The position numbers and the translations under genes are program-made. The notes beneath the pieces were generated by a model, which saw only the letters and a list, made by a program, of their open reading frames with translations, ran no database searches and was not told the DNA's origin. Below, piece by piece: positions 13,253 to 27,499 of a stretch of 64,000 bases of DNA. Source of the DNA: the human T2T-CHM13v2.0 reference genome, Homo sapiens. Each line of letters opens with the position of its first letter. Position 1 is the first letter of the stretch. The stretch is taken from NCBI RefSeq assembly GCF_009914755.1, contig NC_060945.1; one strand, given 5' to 3'.

Positions 13253-16200
13253 CGCGCCTACTTGTTTTTTTTTTTTTTGGTTCTAAAAACACTTTTGAGT
13301 GAGGGAGAGGAAGTGTGATAAAGAAAATGGGGCAAAATGCACAAAGTTAGTGAGTCCGAGTGAGGTGCTCCCTCTCTATCCTCGCAACTTTGTCTTCTAA
13401 GTTTTAAATTTCAAAATATAGCAGTGAAAAGAATGAGAACGTTAAGTCCCGGAAAAGCCATGATTTCTCGCTCAGGGAAGTGGCCACGTGTCCGCGATCA
13501 CAATCAGCGAGGCTCCCACTCCAGGACTGCGAAGCGGTTCCACTGTCAAACACGCCGAGCCGGCGCGTTTCACAGCTGCCCTCAGCTCCTGCAGCTGGGA
13601 GCATGTTTTTCCAATCAGACGTTCTTTCGCAGAACAAGAATGTTCAGTTTTTTGCTTTCGGTCTCACTGTTGGTGACGCTTTCCGGCTGCGTGGGGCCGG
13701 ACACACACAGGCCCACACCACTCATTTCTCTCTTCACCAGCCAGCTTAGGATTGCTTGACCACTGAATGCATATTCCCACACGCCGGGCACTCTCAGGGC
13801 ACGGGGGGTGTCAGGAGCAAGACAGCGAGCTGGCCCCTGCCGCACCTGTGGGCTGCTGGGTGGAGAGTCCTGGTTTCACAGCATGTCCAATGTGGAAGGA
13901 ATAGACAGGCCCCCGGGGTCCTGTGGTTTTCAAAGTCTTCAATCCGTTTCGTACACGGCAGCACTGGGATAAACGAGGCCCAATATGTGAAGCGAAAAGC
14001 AGCCCTGATCTGCCTGAAGGGGGAGCTGCCCCGGGACCTCCTGAGTCCCATGCCCTCTCCTGAGCCCCTTGATCTCCCATGGGGGCCCCAGGGACCAGGG
14101 CACTCAGGGCAGCCAGCAACTCGGGCCCCACACTCGGGCCTGGTGGTTGATGCCGGGAAGGGCCCAGCTGCACAAATGCTGCCCGATGGGTGAGGCTCGA
14201 AGCACAAGGGGCAGCCTCTCCCGGAGCAGCCGCGGCCCCCATCAGGCCACCTTCTCCAAGCCCCTTCTCTCCATGCTTTGTTTTGCTTTTTGTGTGTGGT
14301 GGACACATGAGTGACCTCCCGCCAACAAATCTGACCAGTGATGACTAGCGACCATTCCTGGCTGCTCTGTGAACCGGGGCCCCGTCCACACAGAGAACCT
14401 GGATTCACAGCCAATTCCAGGACTGAGAGCTTCGCTCAGGTCAGAGCCAAGATCCGGGGATCCAGCCGTTCCACCACTGGCCACATGTTCCTTGGTACCC
14501 GAGCCTCTGCTGCCCGGGGGGACCATCGAGCCAGAGCCCCCAGGTAGGCGAGGGGCCTGGGTGGAATATGACGGAACAAAAGATGATGGAACAAAATAGC
14601 CTCATTATTTCACACCAAGTATGGAAGAGCAGTTCCCCCAACTAGCATGTTCTGTGTCATGTTCCACGGCTGTTGGCTGTGAGCACAGCCTGGCCACACA
14701 ACTCCATGAATAGGTGCCACCACTATCCCTACTTGACAGAGCAGGAAACTGAGGCACAGGGAGGCTGCACAGCTGAGCAGCACAGAGCTTGGATTTGCAG
14801 CCGGGGAATCGGACGGCAAAGCTGTAGTCCACCAGCTGCCCAGAGGACCACAGAGAGGTGTGGGGCCTAGGACAGTGCGCCTGAGGGTCCCAGCCTTTGG
14901 GAACCCGGGGCATAGCCCAGGAATGAGAAGCCGAGCAGATGGACAGGGAGGGGAGCATCCTGGCAGCAGAGGTGGCTTAGGGCATCTGAGGGGGTGGGGG
15001 CCAGCCCTGCAGGCCCTGGGAAGGCGGGCTAGTCTGGGCGCAGAGCAGGAGAGCGGCATGGAGTGGGGTCTGTGCGTGGGTTGCCCCTGCACTGGAAGCA
15101 GCTAGGGGCAGGGCCAACCCCACTGAACCTTCCCAGGGTTCGCAGCCCCAGGGAGATGCCTTCCTCAGCTCAGCTTTTAATGCCTCCTCCGGCACTCCCC
15201 ATTGCAGCCCCAGGAGTCCCTCAAGGGGCTATACCTCCCACTCCCTCATGCTCACCAGCCAGAAAATGCAATGGAAAAAAGGACCTCATATTCACAGTTG
15301 CAGGCACACGCAAACGTTAACACAGGCAATCTGCACTGTGTATGGCCAAACACGAGTGAACTTTTAAACTGCAGTGTGAGCTTTAGGCACTTGGAGGGCG
15401 GGAAGCCCCACATCCCCTGACCCCTCACGCGTCCATCCCTCTGTCCTCATGGTCACCGGGTGAGGCCTCGGGGACAGGGAAACTGGACGGGCCCCACTGC
15501 TGTCCTGGGCCTTCCTCCCGTGCAGGTGATAAGGAGGTGAGAGCATCGTGACGGCTGGCACAGGCCTGAGAGGGAGGGGATGGGGGCTGCTCTAGGTGGG
15601 GTCGGGAGGCCCCACTGGGGAGATTCCTCCAGGAGACCCAGAAAGCTGGAAGCCACCAGCCTATGCAGAGGGCGCTCCCTCCTCATGGATACAGTCCCCA
15701 GAGAACCCCCCCCGCAAGGGCCTTAAAGCGAAGGCTTGTTCTGAGGTTCACCAGGACAAGCAAGTGTGGCTTTGCCCTCTTGCCATCCACACCCCTGGGA
15801 CATCCAATCAGGACCAGTGATCGTCCACTGCCTAGACCAGACCCAGTCATCCCCGAATTCATTACGTGGGAACTGAGGAGGGGGCTCCAGGCAGGGGGAT
15901 CGTGCAGGTGGTCTTGGTGTCCAGGAGGCCTCACAGTATCCACTCACCGCCGTCTCCACCCCCTCAGGCACAGGTCCCTGTCCTCATCCTCATCAGTGCG
16001 GTCCCACAACTCAGGTGCGGCCCCCACTCCCCTTCCCGCCACCCCCCTTCCCCGGCCCTGCCGCCCTTCCCCGCCCAGAGGGAAACATGAGCATCTCAGA
16101 ACAAGAGACAAAGCCCAGGCATTCAGGGAGGATAAAGGGGGAACGCAGCCCCCACCAAAATCTTCCCCAGACACAATGAGGTTTTATCAGCCCATTGTAT

Positions 16201-16500
16201 TAAGCAGAATACGAGTCCCATAAAGCCCCCACACCCTGCTCCCTCCCAGGAATGTGTGGCTCTGTGCAGAGGGGACTGGTCACTGTGACGAAGGCCAGGC
16301 ACTCTGACACGGGAGGTCTGGTTATCTGCTGGTAATCCTTAGGGGCCCTTATCCAGGGAGGCAGGAGGGCCCGGGGGAGGCACAGGACTGCAGCAGGGAC
16401 TGTGGGCGGGGAAAGTGGGAGAGCGATTCTCCTGGGGGGCCAGGAGGAGCGGGCCCTGCCCACCCCAAGTGACTCCTTAGGAGCCATGAGATAATGAATC

Positions 16501-16793
16501 TTTTTTTTTTTTTTTTTTGAGATGGAGTCTTGCTCTGTCGCTCAGGCTGGAGTGCAGTGGTGCGATCTCATCTCACCGCAACCTCTACCTCCCGGGCAGT
16601 TCTCCTGCCTCAGCCTCCCAGTAGCTGGGACCACACATGCCCGCCACCACGCCTGGCTAATTTTTGTATTTTTAGTAGAGATGGAGTTTCAACATGTTGG
16701 CCTGCCTGGTCTCGAACTCCTGACCTCAGGTGATCCGCCTGCCTCAGCCTCCCAAAGTGCTGGGATTACAGGCGTGAGCCACCGCGCCCGGCC
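16501..16793 (-). mobile_element. Alu (AluS-like) inserted into the 3' end of an MLT1 LTR
   Basis: Poly-T plus antisense Alu. The MLT1 tail tgttgttttaagccactgagtttgtggt...aactcataca resumes at 16800-16861. Confidence 0.9.
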
Positions 16794-19153
16794 GGATCTG
16801 TGTTGTTTTAAGCCACTGAGTTTGTGGTCATTTCTCACAGCAGCCACAGGGAACTCATACAAACGTGGAAGCAGATCATTTCAGGGGAATTGAAAATATG
16901 CCACAAATGGAGAAATGCCACAAAAAATTTTAAGTTAATAAAAATCGCACAGATAGGAAGAGAAAGTATTATCATCTATGAAGGGAAGAGCTTCGGGGGC
17001 TGTGGCTCTGAGAGCCTGAGCAGAGGGCAGAGCTGGGTGGCTGGTGAGGACGCTGGGCCAGCTCGGGGGCTTCCATTAGGAGCCAAGACCAGGTCCTTGT
17101 GTGTCCCTGGGGCAGGGTGAGGGGTCTGGGGTGCTGTGGCCTCGCAGGTGGCGGGGGCGGCCAGAGACCACTGCTAAGATCAGCCTCATGCTCTGTGCGA
17201 GGGCTGAGCCGAAAACAATCTTGGGGGCCCCACCTCGAGGCCCCGGGGTAGGGAGGAGGGGAAGCTGATGCACTTATTCCTGGAGGCTGAGGGGAGGGTG
17301 CCCTGGGGACCCTCCCTGCTATTAGAGACTGCGCAGGCCGCTACCCCAACCCCCTCTTGTCCCAGAGACAGGACAGGAGAGACAGACGGGAGAGGCAGGC
17401 AGATGCCTCCAGCAGCCATGGGACAGAGTCCAGATGTCTTAACGGCCGCATAAAATGGGGCATGTGGGCTACCCAAGGAGTGGCCCAGGACTCACAGGAA
17501 GCCACCCTCCCGGGCTGGAATCCCAAAAATCCAAGCCCCACTCGCAGTCCTAAGTCTTCCTGCAGAAAACCTCTCCCCCTGGATAAGCAAAGATCCCTGT
17601 GAGCTCAGCCCGACCCCTGCCTAGTCCCTGCTCCCAGCTCCGCAGTCTCCAGGCAGCCATGGTGCCTCTGGCTGAACCATCCACCTGAGGACCCATACGG
17701 GCCAGAGCCAGTGCTTGGGGTCCCCAGCGGCCTCCCTCCCTGCTGCCTCAGCTGCCCCTCTACAGCCCTGGTCACCTGCAAGTCATCTGGCCAAGAAGGC
17801 TGACCCAGAGGCCGGACTGCCTAGTCACGCCGGCAGGGCCCCTCGCAGGGGCACGCTGACAGCAAGGAGGCTCTTAGTGAAACTCAAGGATCTTGGCAGG
17901 AGGTGAAGGCGGTGCCCGAGCCCCCCTGCCTGGCGTGGCCTCAGTGAGCTCCCTGCCCTGCAAGGTTTGGATTTCAGGTCCTAGGCCAGCTCCCCACTGT
18001 CCTGCCTGTCTGAATTCCAACAGATTTTATTTGAAAATGTTGCTTTTAGCCCAGCGTCACCTCTGAGCTGCGACTTTATGTTCATCATGTGCTTCTTCCC
18101 CCACTTCTACCTGCAGACCCAAGAGCAGGGCCGGGTCTCCTCCCCTTAGGAGCAGGGTGAGGGGGTCTGGGAAGCCCCCGCCCACCTCCCTGATCACCTG
18201 GCCCCAAGCTCTGCCCAGGCCCCCTACCTGCATCCAGCCACACCCCACCTGTCCCCAGACCCAGGACATACCACCCCTCTCACGTCAGCACCTTTGGGGT
18301 GGCATCAGGACTTTGGGGACAGAGCAAGCGTGGAGAGGGGACCCCTCCTTGTGAGCAGGAGAGAGAAGCAACCTGACCACACCAGGCGGGGAGAGAGAGA
18401 GAGGTCATCCGGAAAGAGCTGCCGGTGAGCTCATTCCACAGGGGTGCTGGGACCCCGAGGACACAGCCCTGCCTGTCCCAGGGCCCAACAGTGACTGCAG
18501 TGAATGTCCTCAAGCATCAGCTGCTCGATGGCAGCCGGGGTTTCTGACTGACCCTGTGGGGTTTTCTCCATCAAATTCCTTTGAACATCTTTGTCCTTAA
18601 CGATCCTGACTGATCTCAGTTGTTTAGGCCTCTTCTTGGCTGCCAGGCGCACACTCAGGTGTGCTTTGCTTTTAAACGCTGAGAAACCCTCGGCAATGTT
18701 TTCTTTTCTTTTGAACATCACTACAGCAGCCCCCAGGAGGGGTGGGTGGTCCCACCGACAAGGGCCCCCAGGGCCCACAAAAGGCCACTCTCTCATCCCA
18801 AAGTGCATCGTGCCCTGAGCCTGGAAGTCGGGTCTGGCCTTCAAGTAGGAGAGGCCAAGCCCCACAGAACCCCCAAGGGCGAGCGGGAGAGTGGGCGAGT
18901 GGGCGCTTCCCCGACGCCCCTCCTTGGGGCTCAGCGTCACCCTCCCGGCCTGAGTCGGCCCCTGCTGGACAGCTCTGTTCCTGGGTTTGGTGACAACTCT
19001 CCCACACCCAGGGCTGTGACTTGGGGACACTGGTCTGTGGAGTCTGTGGATTCTGCGGACACCTGGTCTGTCACAGAGAAGCCCCGTTAGTCCTTTTTCC
19101 CAGCAAGAACACAGTCAGGGAAAGACCTCCATCTCCACGGCCTCCTCACAAAG

Positions 19154-19844
19154 ACACTGTGAAGACTGAAAAATTAAGCCACACAGTGAGAGAAGCTACC
19201 GTACGTGTCATTTCTTAGGATTCACGGAGGTCTTTTGTCGAGAATGTATGAAGAACTCTGACAAATCAATGAGAATAAAGCACCCGGCTGGCAGAGGCAG
19301 GGACAGACCGAGGCGCGTCGCGATGTGGGTGTCCGGTGAGCACGTGGGAGGGGCCCAACCTCACCCATCGTCCGGGAGGTGCAGACTAAACCCTGAGACG
19401 CCGTCCTACCCCAGAGAGGCCAACATTTCAAAGATCCACAGTTCCAGGCGGTGGGCAGAGTGCCACGGCCGGTGTGGAAAATGGTGGCTGGCATCCACTC
19501 CAGTCTAACGTTTCGTACCTGGGACCCGGCAGTCCCAGGCCTCAGTGTGTGTTCTGGGTAGGAAGCACCTACTGGTGTTCACCCAAAGACATGAGATTGT
19601 TTATAGCATCATTATTCCCAATACCCCTGAACTGGAAAGAACTCAGATGACCACTGGCAGTGGGGTGGGGGTGGAACAGCCACGTAATAGAACACGGGGT
19701 GGCGATGAAACCAGCTCCTGCAATGTGCAGCCACATGGCTGCATCTCACAACCGGGAAGCACCTGTCAGGAGGCACTGTCCCTCCCAGCCTTCTGCAAGC
19801 ACAAGGTGGGCACCTGGGAGGAAGGATACCCTTCATGCTGCGGC
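19154..19844 (+). repeat. Left arm of a ~690-bp inverted duplication (old L1M-derived sequence)
   Basis: Reverse complement of 24736-25426, with about 30-35 mismatches by manual comparison. Confidence 0.95.
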
Positions 19845-20021
19845 CGGGGGCCTCGCCCACTCTCCACACCCAGCCCCGGCCCAGCCACAGCCTGGCTTGT
19901 GCTGTGACCACTGCTCCTTCTCTCGCTAGACTGGGTGCTCCTGAGCGTGGACACTGGGCCTCTGGTCATCTGTGTGAGCTCTGCGTGGTGCCTGACACAC
20001 AGTAGGAGCTTGGCGAGTGTC

Positions 20022-20260
20022 TGCTGAGTCAATGAGAAAGGAGTGTAGGGCCAGAAACACGGGCCGACGGCTCCCTGCCAGTGAGTCACTCTCGGGGCAC
20101 TGCTGAGTCATAAGTTCCTTTCACTTTGGATGGATTTTTAATTGTATGTTCTGAACAGATGGAAATTTCTTGGCTGTTGGGAGTCAAACTGTGGATATTT
20201 GGTGAGTGTATCCAAAAGGAAGTGGCCGCAGTATGAGTCACCCAGGCCATGTGAACTTTG
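20022..20260. promoter_or_regulatory. Candidate enhancer: AP-1/ARE motif cluster
   Basis: TGCTGAGTCA 20022-20031, TGAGTCA 20082-20088, TGCTGAGTCAT 20101-20111, TGAGTCA 20234-20240. Confidence 0.55.
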
Positions 20261-21198
20261 ATGGGGGAAACAGAACCAGCAACTTCTGCTGGTTCACGAC
20301 CAAAGGAAGCAGTGCCGGAGCGTGAACAATGGGGTGCAGGCGGCCAAGTTCTGAGTGGCTGCTGGGAGCGCTTTCCCACTGTCTGCGGAGCCCGTGACAC
20401 CACAGTGTCCCTCGAACATGCGGGGATGGCCGGCCAAATCACCCAGCCCGCTTTCACGAGCGACCGCTGAGCTGTGTTGCGGCAGTCCCTCCCAGGGCCG
20501 CTGGGCCAGGCCCAGCTGCGGGGTAGAGGAGAGGATGGGGAGAGGGGCCTGAGATGGGGCAGGGAAGTCTGTGAGCTCAGCCCGGGACCTGGGGCCAAGC
20601 ACCAGGAGGCCAGGGGGAGTCTCCAGGGGCTGGGGCTGGAGCCGCATCAGAGAGGAAAGGGGTGTTTGAAAAAGGGGCAGGGCCTGGGACCCAGGAAACT
20701 GTTCTTCCAGAGACACCCGTGAAGCTGAGCTTTGCCTCTCAGGGAAGCTGTGACCCCACGGGTGCTGCCCAGAGAGATCGGGCCAGGTGGAGCCAAGATG
20801 GACTGGAATTCCCCGACGGGGACAAGGGGCCGGACGAGGCTGACTTGCCCTGTCTGATGAATGGTCAGGTTTGCTTTTTCTCCTGAAAACACGAGGCAGT
20901 GATCCCGGCCAGCTAATTCCAGCAGACTGGAGACGGGATGGTGGAGAATGAGGCTGTGGGCGGGAAGAGCAGATGGGACTCGCCAGCATCCTCACGGCAG
21001 GGCCGCGCTATTGCCCTCCCTCCCCTCCTACTCTCTGGGGTCCCAGGAGCCCCAGATACGCAATGCTGCCAGGCGATTTCTGGCGCCCCGCAGACCCCTG
21101 CCCCTGGAGTTGGGCCAGGTCCCGGCTGGAGCAAAGGGGGCTCCTTCAAGCCCGCTCCTCCCTGTCAAACCCGAGGAGCCTGACAGGCGCAGCGTCAC

Positions 21199-21358
21199 CA
21201 GCGTCACCGGGCCATAGTGAGCGGCCAAGCCAGCGTCACCGGGCCATAGTGAGCGGCCAAGCCAGCGTCACCGGGCCATAGTGAGCCGCCAAGCCAGCGT
21301 CACCGGGCCATAGTGAGCCGCCAAGCCAGTGTCACCGGGCCATAGTGAGCGGCCAAGC
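21199..21358. repeat. 32-bp minisatellite x5
   Basis: CAGCGTCACCGGGCCATAGTGAGCGGCCAAGC. Confidence 0.95.
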
Positions 21359-22115
21359 CTTGGTCTGCCAGAGCCGGCCGCACCAGAAGGATTTCTGGGT
21401 CCCCAGTCCTGGAGGAGCACACGGTTTACACCAGGCCTTGGGAGGGGAAGAGGCAAGGCGTGGGCCCAGCCCTCACTCCCCAGGAGAAACCCTGTTTGAG
21501 CGGCAGAGGAGACTGGAGAGACCCCAGGGCGGGGATCCCTGAGAGGAGAGAAACCCGGAATTCATCCACGGAGGCGTTCACCCAGAGGAGACCCGGAGCT
21601 TCTCCAGGAGAGGCTGGATTGCTCCAACAGGGGCCCTGAGGAGCTGATGGCAGGAGCGGAAGGCAGCTCTGACTCGTGCGTCTGACTCCAGGTGTGGCCG
21701 TTGGGGCTACAGTGGGACCAGCCTGTTGTCACTGAACCCACAAAGTGCCTCCGAGCGCGGGTGGAGAGAGGGGGACCTCCCACCGTCTGCTGGCCTTGAA
21801 TCTTGAATCTAATTCCCGTCTGTGCTTTGATGGGAGAGGCACTGGGAGCGGGCGGCTTTTTCAGTTCCTTTTATCTTGAATGGCCTTTGGGGGATTTTCA
21901 CAGATTCTGAGTTCAAAGCCCAGGGAGGTGTGGGAACGTGACATTCCTCACCGCATTCCTCACCGCATTCCTCTGTAAACCAGGCGGTGTTGGCACCCAT
22001 GAGCCTGTGTCTTCTATGACATCAGGAGTTTTATCCCTCACGTCAGAAATCAGGGTTCCAGGCGCCTTGGTTTTTCTTGGCGCCAGCGGCTTGGCTATAG
22101 AAGAAAAACTGAAGG

Positions 22116-22522
<407 letters not shown>

Positions 22523-23873
22523 TCAGCGGCGGGGCGGGTGGTGGTGTGCACTCGGCCCCTCTGAGATGCGAGGTTGCAGTATTGGCATGTATGAGAGGTG
22601 GTGCGTGAGCTGCTTCCAGGGAGGTGCTCCCACTGGGTCGCCTGGTGAGGGGGACAGCCTGGCGGGGTTGGCCGTGGCACAACCTCCTTCTGGCAGCGAA
22701 GGACCCTCAGGCCGAGGGCTGACCAGAAGTCAGCATGGGCTCAGATGCGTTTCCAGCCCACTATGGGAAGTTCACACAGAATTAAACAGAGGAGTGAGAG
22801 TCCGACCCCCTCCACCTGGCCCCGTTCTCCCGGCCACCTCACGGGTCCTTGGGGTTCAGACTCAGACCTGTGGGGTGAGAGAGAGCAGAAGGTGCTGGGG
22901 AGAGGAGCTGGAGGTTGGAGAAGGGAGGTTGGATGCAGTTGGCGGCCCTCCAGGCTCTGGAGGGTCAGTGGGGCCTGGGAAGAGAGCAGCCGCAGAGGTG
23001 ACTCAGGCCCAGCTGGCGGGGGAGGGACGCAGCCCTCACTGCAACTGGACGTGGGGTGGGGATCCCAGGCCTGGTCCTCCTGGCTCTGGAGACCAGCAAC
23101 CAGCCTGGCCTCTGGGGGCCACTTCCAGCCAGTGCAGTGCTGTGCGTCCCACGCCAGCCTTTCCCCGACCTCTGCACCAGTTCCCTCCACGCCCGGCCCA
23201 TGGGCATCCGGCCCCAGCCGCTCATTCCAGATATAAGTACACGTGAGCCCCTCTCCCACTGCTGGCTGCCAAGGCTGGGCTGTGGGGTGGCGCCTTCTAT
23301 CTCTGCAGATTCCTCTCCTCTCTGCCTCTGCCTGGTGAAACACTCCTCCATAACCATCATGTACAGTCCCTGACGACTGCACAAAGGCTAGGGAAATAAG
23401 GGGACCCCTGGGAAAGGTACTCCTGGGGGTCCCAGATGGGGAGGTTCTGATGCGTGTCCAGGCATGGCCAGCGTGGCTGAGGAGACGAGGCTGGGTGTCG
23501 CCTGGAGCTCCAGCAGGGAGACCAGGCATCCTGGAGGCTGTGCCTGGCCTGTCCGTCCCACACGGGGCAGAGCTAACCCAGGCCACATTGCTGGCCTGCC
23601 ATGCACTGTGCAAAAAGCATTTGGAGAGAGAAAGAAAAGTTTGTGTCCTCAGTTACAAGGCACAGGGTGAAGTCCTTGTCCTTGGGATCCCATGGTCAGC
23701 CCCTGGGCGTGGCTTTTGAGCCCAGTGGGTCCAGAGGGGACTCAGTGAGGTCTTGTCTTGCAGAGTGTGTGTGGCAGTGAGGGGAAGAGGTTCATCTGCT
23801 GCAGGGCCTGGGAACTCCTGACACTTGGTGTGGCCTTGACCACCGGGAGCAAACGCAGTGCACACGGCAACCG

Positions 23874-24010
23874 GCTCTGACAAGGCAGATGCTCCTGCCC
23901 AGGGCAGGTCGGACCCTGGCTGAGGGAGACACAAACCTGAACGGGCTCTGACAAGGCAGATGCTCCTCCCCAGGGGGTTTCAGACTCTGGCTGAGGGAGA
24001 CACAAACCTG
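23874..24010. repeat. Two-copy ~70-bp tandem duplication
   Basis: ggctctgacaaggcagatgctcct.cccaggg...ctggctgagggagacacaaacctg x2. Confidence 0.85.
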
Positions 24011-24735
24011 GGAGTGGAGGGGAGTTTAGCACTGGATGGCCCACATGCAGCTAGGATGGCCGCAGTACCCAGGCTGGAGCGAGCGGCTTCTGGGGCCCAG
24101 GAGAGGCCCTCGAGCCCGCTGTCCTCCCGGCTGTCATCTCCTGGCAGGGATCTGCTGGGGAAATAGAATCTGACGCAACGTATTTTCCAACCCAGAAAAC
24201 CTCTTCAGAAAGGTGGAAGAGAAAAAGCAATTCTATTACTGAGTAAGCGTTAAAGCCAGAATGCGAGGTGCGGCTGGGGCAGCCCACTGAAGGCATCGCA
24301 GAGACAGAAACCTCACTCCTTACAGCCGAGTGAACACTGAGCACCTGTGCCTTCAGGGGGGTTTGCAGTTTGGCGAGTGAGGCCCGCTGCTCTGAGGCGC
24401 TAATCTCCCAAGGAAACGTTCCTGAGTTGAGCCTGGGCAGAGGCTTCCTTAGCTAGAAAACAGATTTACATACATTTGAAAAGGACAGAGAAAGACTTAG
24501 AAGAGAAGAGAAGAGGGAGACTCTGTCCTTATTCTGCACAGGGAGGACGGTGTGTGTCCTCAGTTCCTCGCAGGCCACCCTGCAGCTCTCCTGCTGGGCA
24601 GCCCATGGGACACAGAGCGAGAGGACGGTTTGGAGGTGGAGGAAGCGAGGGAAGGACCCTGAGTTGGCTGGGACGTCCAGGCACCGTGGGGATGGAGCCT
24701 TATGCCCGGGGCCCCTGGGAGAAGGGCTGTAGTGA

Positions 24736-25426
24736 GCCACAGCACAAAGGACATCCTTCCTCCCAGGTGCCCACCTTGTGCTTGCAGGATCCTGGGAGGG
24801 ACAGCGCCTCCTGACAGGTGCTTCCCAGTTGTGAGATGCAGCCATGTGGCTGCACATTGCAGGAGCAGGTTTCATCGCAGCCACGTGTTCTATTATGTAG
24901 CTGTTCCACCCCTACCCCACTGCCAGTGGTCGTCTGAGTTCTTTCCAGTTTAGGGGTATTGGGAATAATGCTGCTATAAACAATCTCATGTCTTTGGGTG
25001 AACACCAGTAGGTGCTTCCTACCCAGAACACACACTGAGGCCTAGGACTGCCGGGTCCCAGGTACGAAACGTTAGACTGGAGTGGATGCCGGCCACCGTT
25101 TTCCACACCGGCCGTGGCACTCTGCCCACCGCCTGGAACTGTCAATCTTTGAAATGTTGGCCTCTCTGGGGTAGGTCGGCGTCTCAGGGTTTAGTCTGCA
25201 CCTCCCGGACGATGGGTGAGGTTGGGCCCCTCCCACGTGCTCACCGGACACCCGCATCGCGACGCGCCTCGGTCTGTCCCTGCCTCTGCCAGGCAGGCGC
25301 TTTATTCTCATTGATTTGTCAGAGTTCTTCATACATTCTCGACACAAGTCCTCTGTGAATCCTAAGAAATGACACGTACGGTAGCTTCTCTCACTGTGTG
25401 GCTTAATTTTTCAGTCTTCACAGTGT
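24736..25426 (-). repeat. Right arm of the ~690-bp inverted duplication
   Basis: See left arm. It continues rightwards into antisense L1-like sequence. Confidence 0.95.
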
Positions 25427-25583
25427 TTTTGATAACAGAAGTCCTTAAACTTCATGTAGTCCTTGTGATACACTCTTCTGGTATCTGTGTAAGATATCAT
25501 GATTATATATTTCCTTATTTCACATTCTAAAATCTCTATTATTTTATCTTGAGAGCAATAATCCATATGGAACTGATACTTTA

Positions 25584-26042
<459 letters not shown>

Positions 26043-26529
26043 CTACTTTGACATCATGGCAACTGTAGTGGCTTTCTTCTGCTTGGTGTTTAAATGATAT
26101 ATTTTTGCATTCCTTTACTTGCCATTTTTCTGTGTGTTTTTTGATGTATCCCCCATAAACAGAATATTACTGGATTTTGCTGCCTTCTCTAAACCAAGTC
26201 TGACAATGTTTGAGTGTTTGCTCACTTGCCATTGATGTAACCTCGAATATGTGGGGTTTCCACTGCCATCCTGCAGGTGGGCTTCCCTTCCTGTTCCAAG
26301 TTCCTTGTCTTCTCCTTTATCTTCTTTCTTGTTTTATTACCTATCTTTCTATTATTTTATACTCTCCTTCTATTCGCTTGCTTGCTACAGATTCTTTTAG
26401 TGTTCTATTAGTGGTGACTTCAGAAATTACAATATGCATCTTTGATTTTTAAGAATCTAATGGAAGTTAGTTTTTTACCTCTCCCCAGACAACGCCAGGA
26501 CCTTTGAACTCTTTAATTCCATGATTCCT

Positions 26530-27165
26530 TGTGATAGATAGAATGACCCCTCCCCCAAAGATGTGCTTGTTCAAATCCCTAGACCCTGTGAATATGTTAT
26601 GTTACATATTACACAATTGAAAAGAGACTTTTAATGAGGGTTGCGGTCTTATGACATCATCTGGACGGGCCCAGCCTGAGCACGTGAGCCTTCGAGGGCA
26701 GAGAACGTTCCCTGGCCCGTGCTGGAGCGATTCACTGGCTCATGATACGGAGATCATCTGGACGGGCCCAGCCTGAGCACGTGAGCCTTCGAGGGCAGAG
26801 AACGTTCCCTGGCTCGTGCTGGAGCGATTCACTGGCTTGGAAAAGAAGGGGAGGATGATGGGGAATGTGGGACCTTCAGGAGCAGAAGCCCCAGCTGACA
26901 GCCAGGAGGGAGAGGGGGCCCTGGGCTCACAATTGCAAAAACCTGAATTCTGCCGACAACAATAATGGGCTCAGAAGCGGGTCCTCTCCCAGGCCTCCCG
27001 CTCAGAGCCCAGCCGGCCAACGCCTGGACTCTGGCCGAGAGACTCTCGGCAGCAAATCCAGTGGAGCCCCCCGACTTCTGACACCAGAAACCGTCTGTGA
27101 GTGCAGGTCTGCGTTCTCAAGCCGCTAAACTCACGGAGATTTCTACGCAGCTGCAGAAGATGAAT
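26530..27165 (+). mobile_element. MaLR LTR (MLT1-like) with an internal 97-bp-period duplication
   Basis: cccccaaagatgt...ccctgtgaatatgtta start. 26658-26740 is repeated at 26755-26837. Confidence 0.7.
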
Positions 27166-27499
27166 GCATCTCCCTTCTACGCCTTCTGCTGTGGCGGCCG
27201 TGAGTGTTAACCCACTGCTTCTAAACCCGTGAAGCCTGTCATGTGACGCTGATGTCCTGTGACTCTGGTGGTCCCTACCCCCCAAGGCCTCCACACCCCC
27301 CTCTCTGTGCTGTGTTCTGTGGGCCACGGCCACCCCTCATCAGAGCAGCCCCCTGGGGATCCCTTCCAGTGGTTGGAAGCAAACACTTTCTATTTTCCTG
27401 TGTCTGGAAATGCTTGTATTTTGACTTCATTTTTACAGGATATTTTTCCTGGATATAAGATAGTTGGTTACTGAGCAATGACATAAATTACAATATTAT

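Noticed and set aside
18431-19030. 199-aa minus-strand ORF with a natural-looking Lys-rich stretch
   Set aside because: I recognise no homology and see no convincing splice or promoter context; BLASTP/PhyloCSF would be needed.
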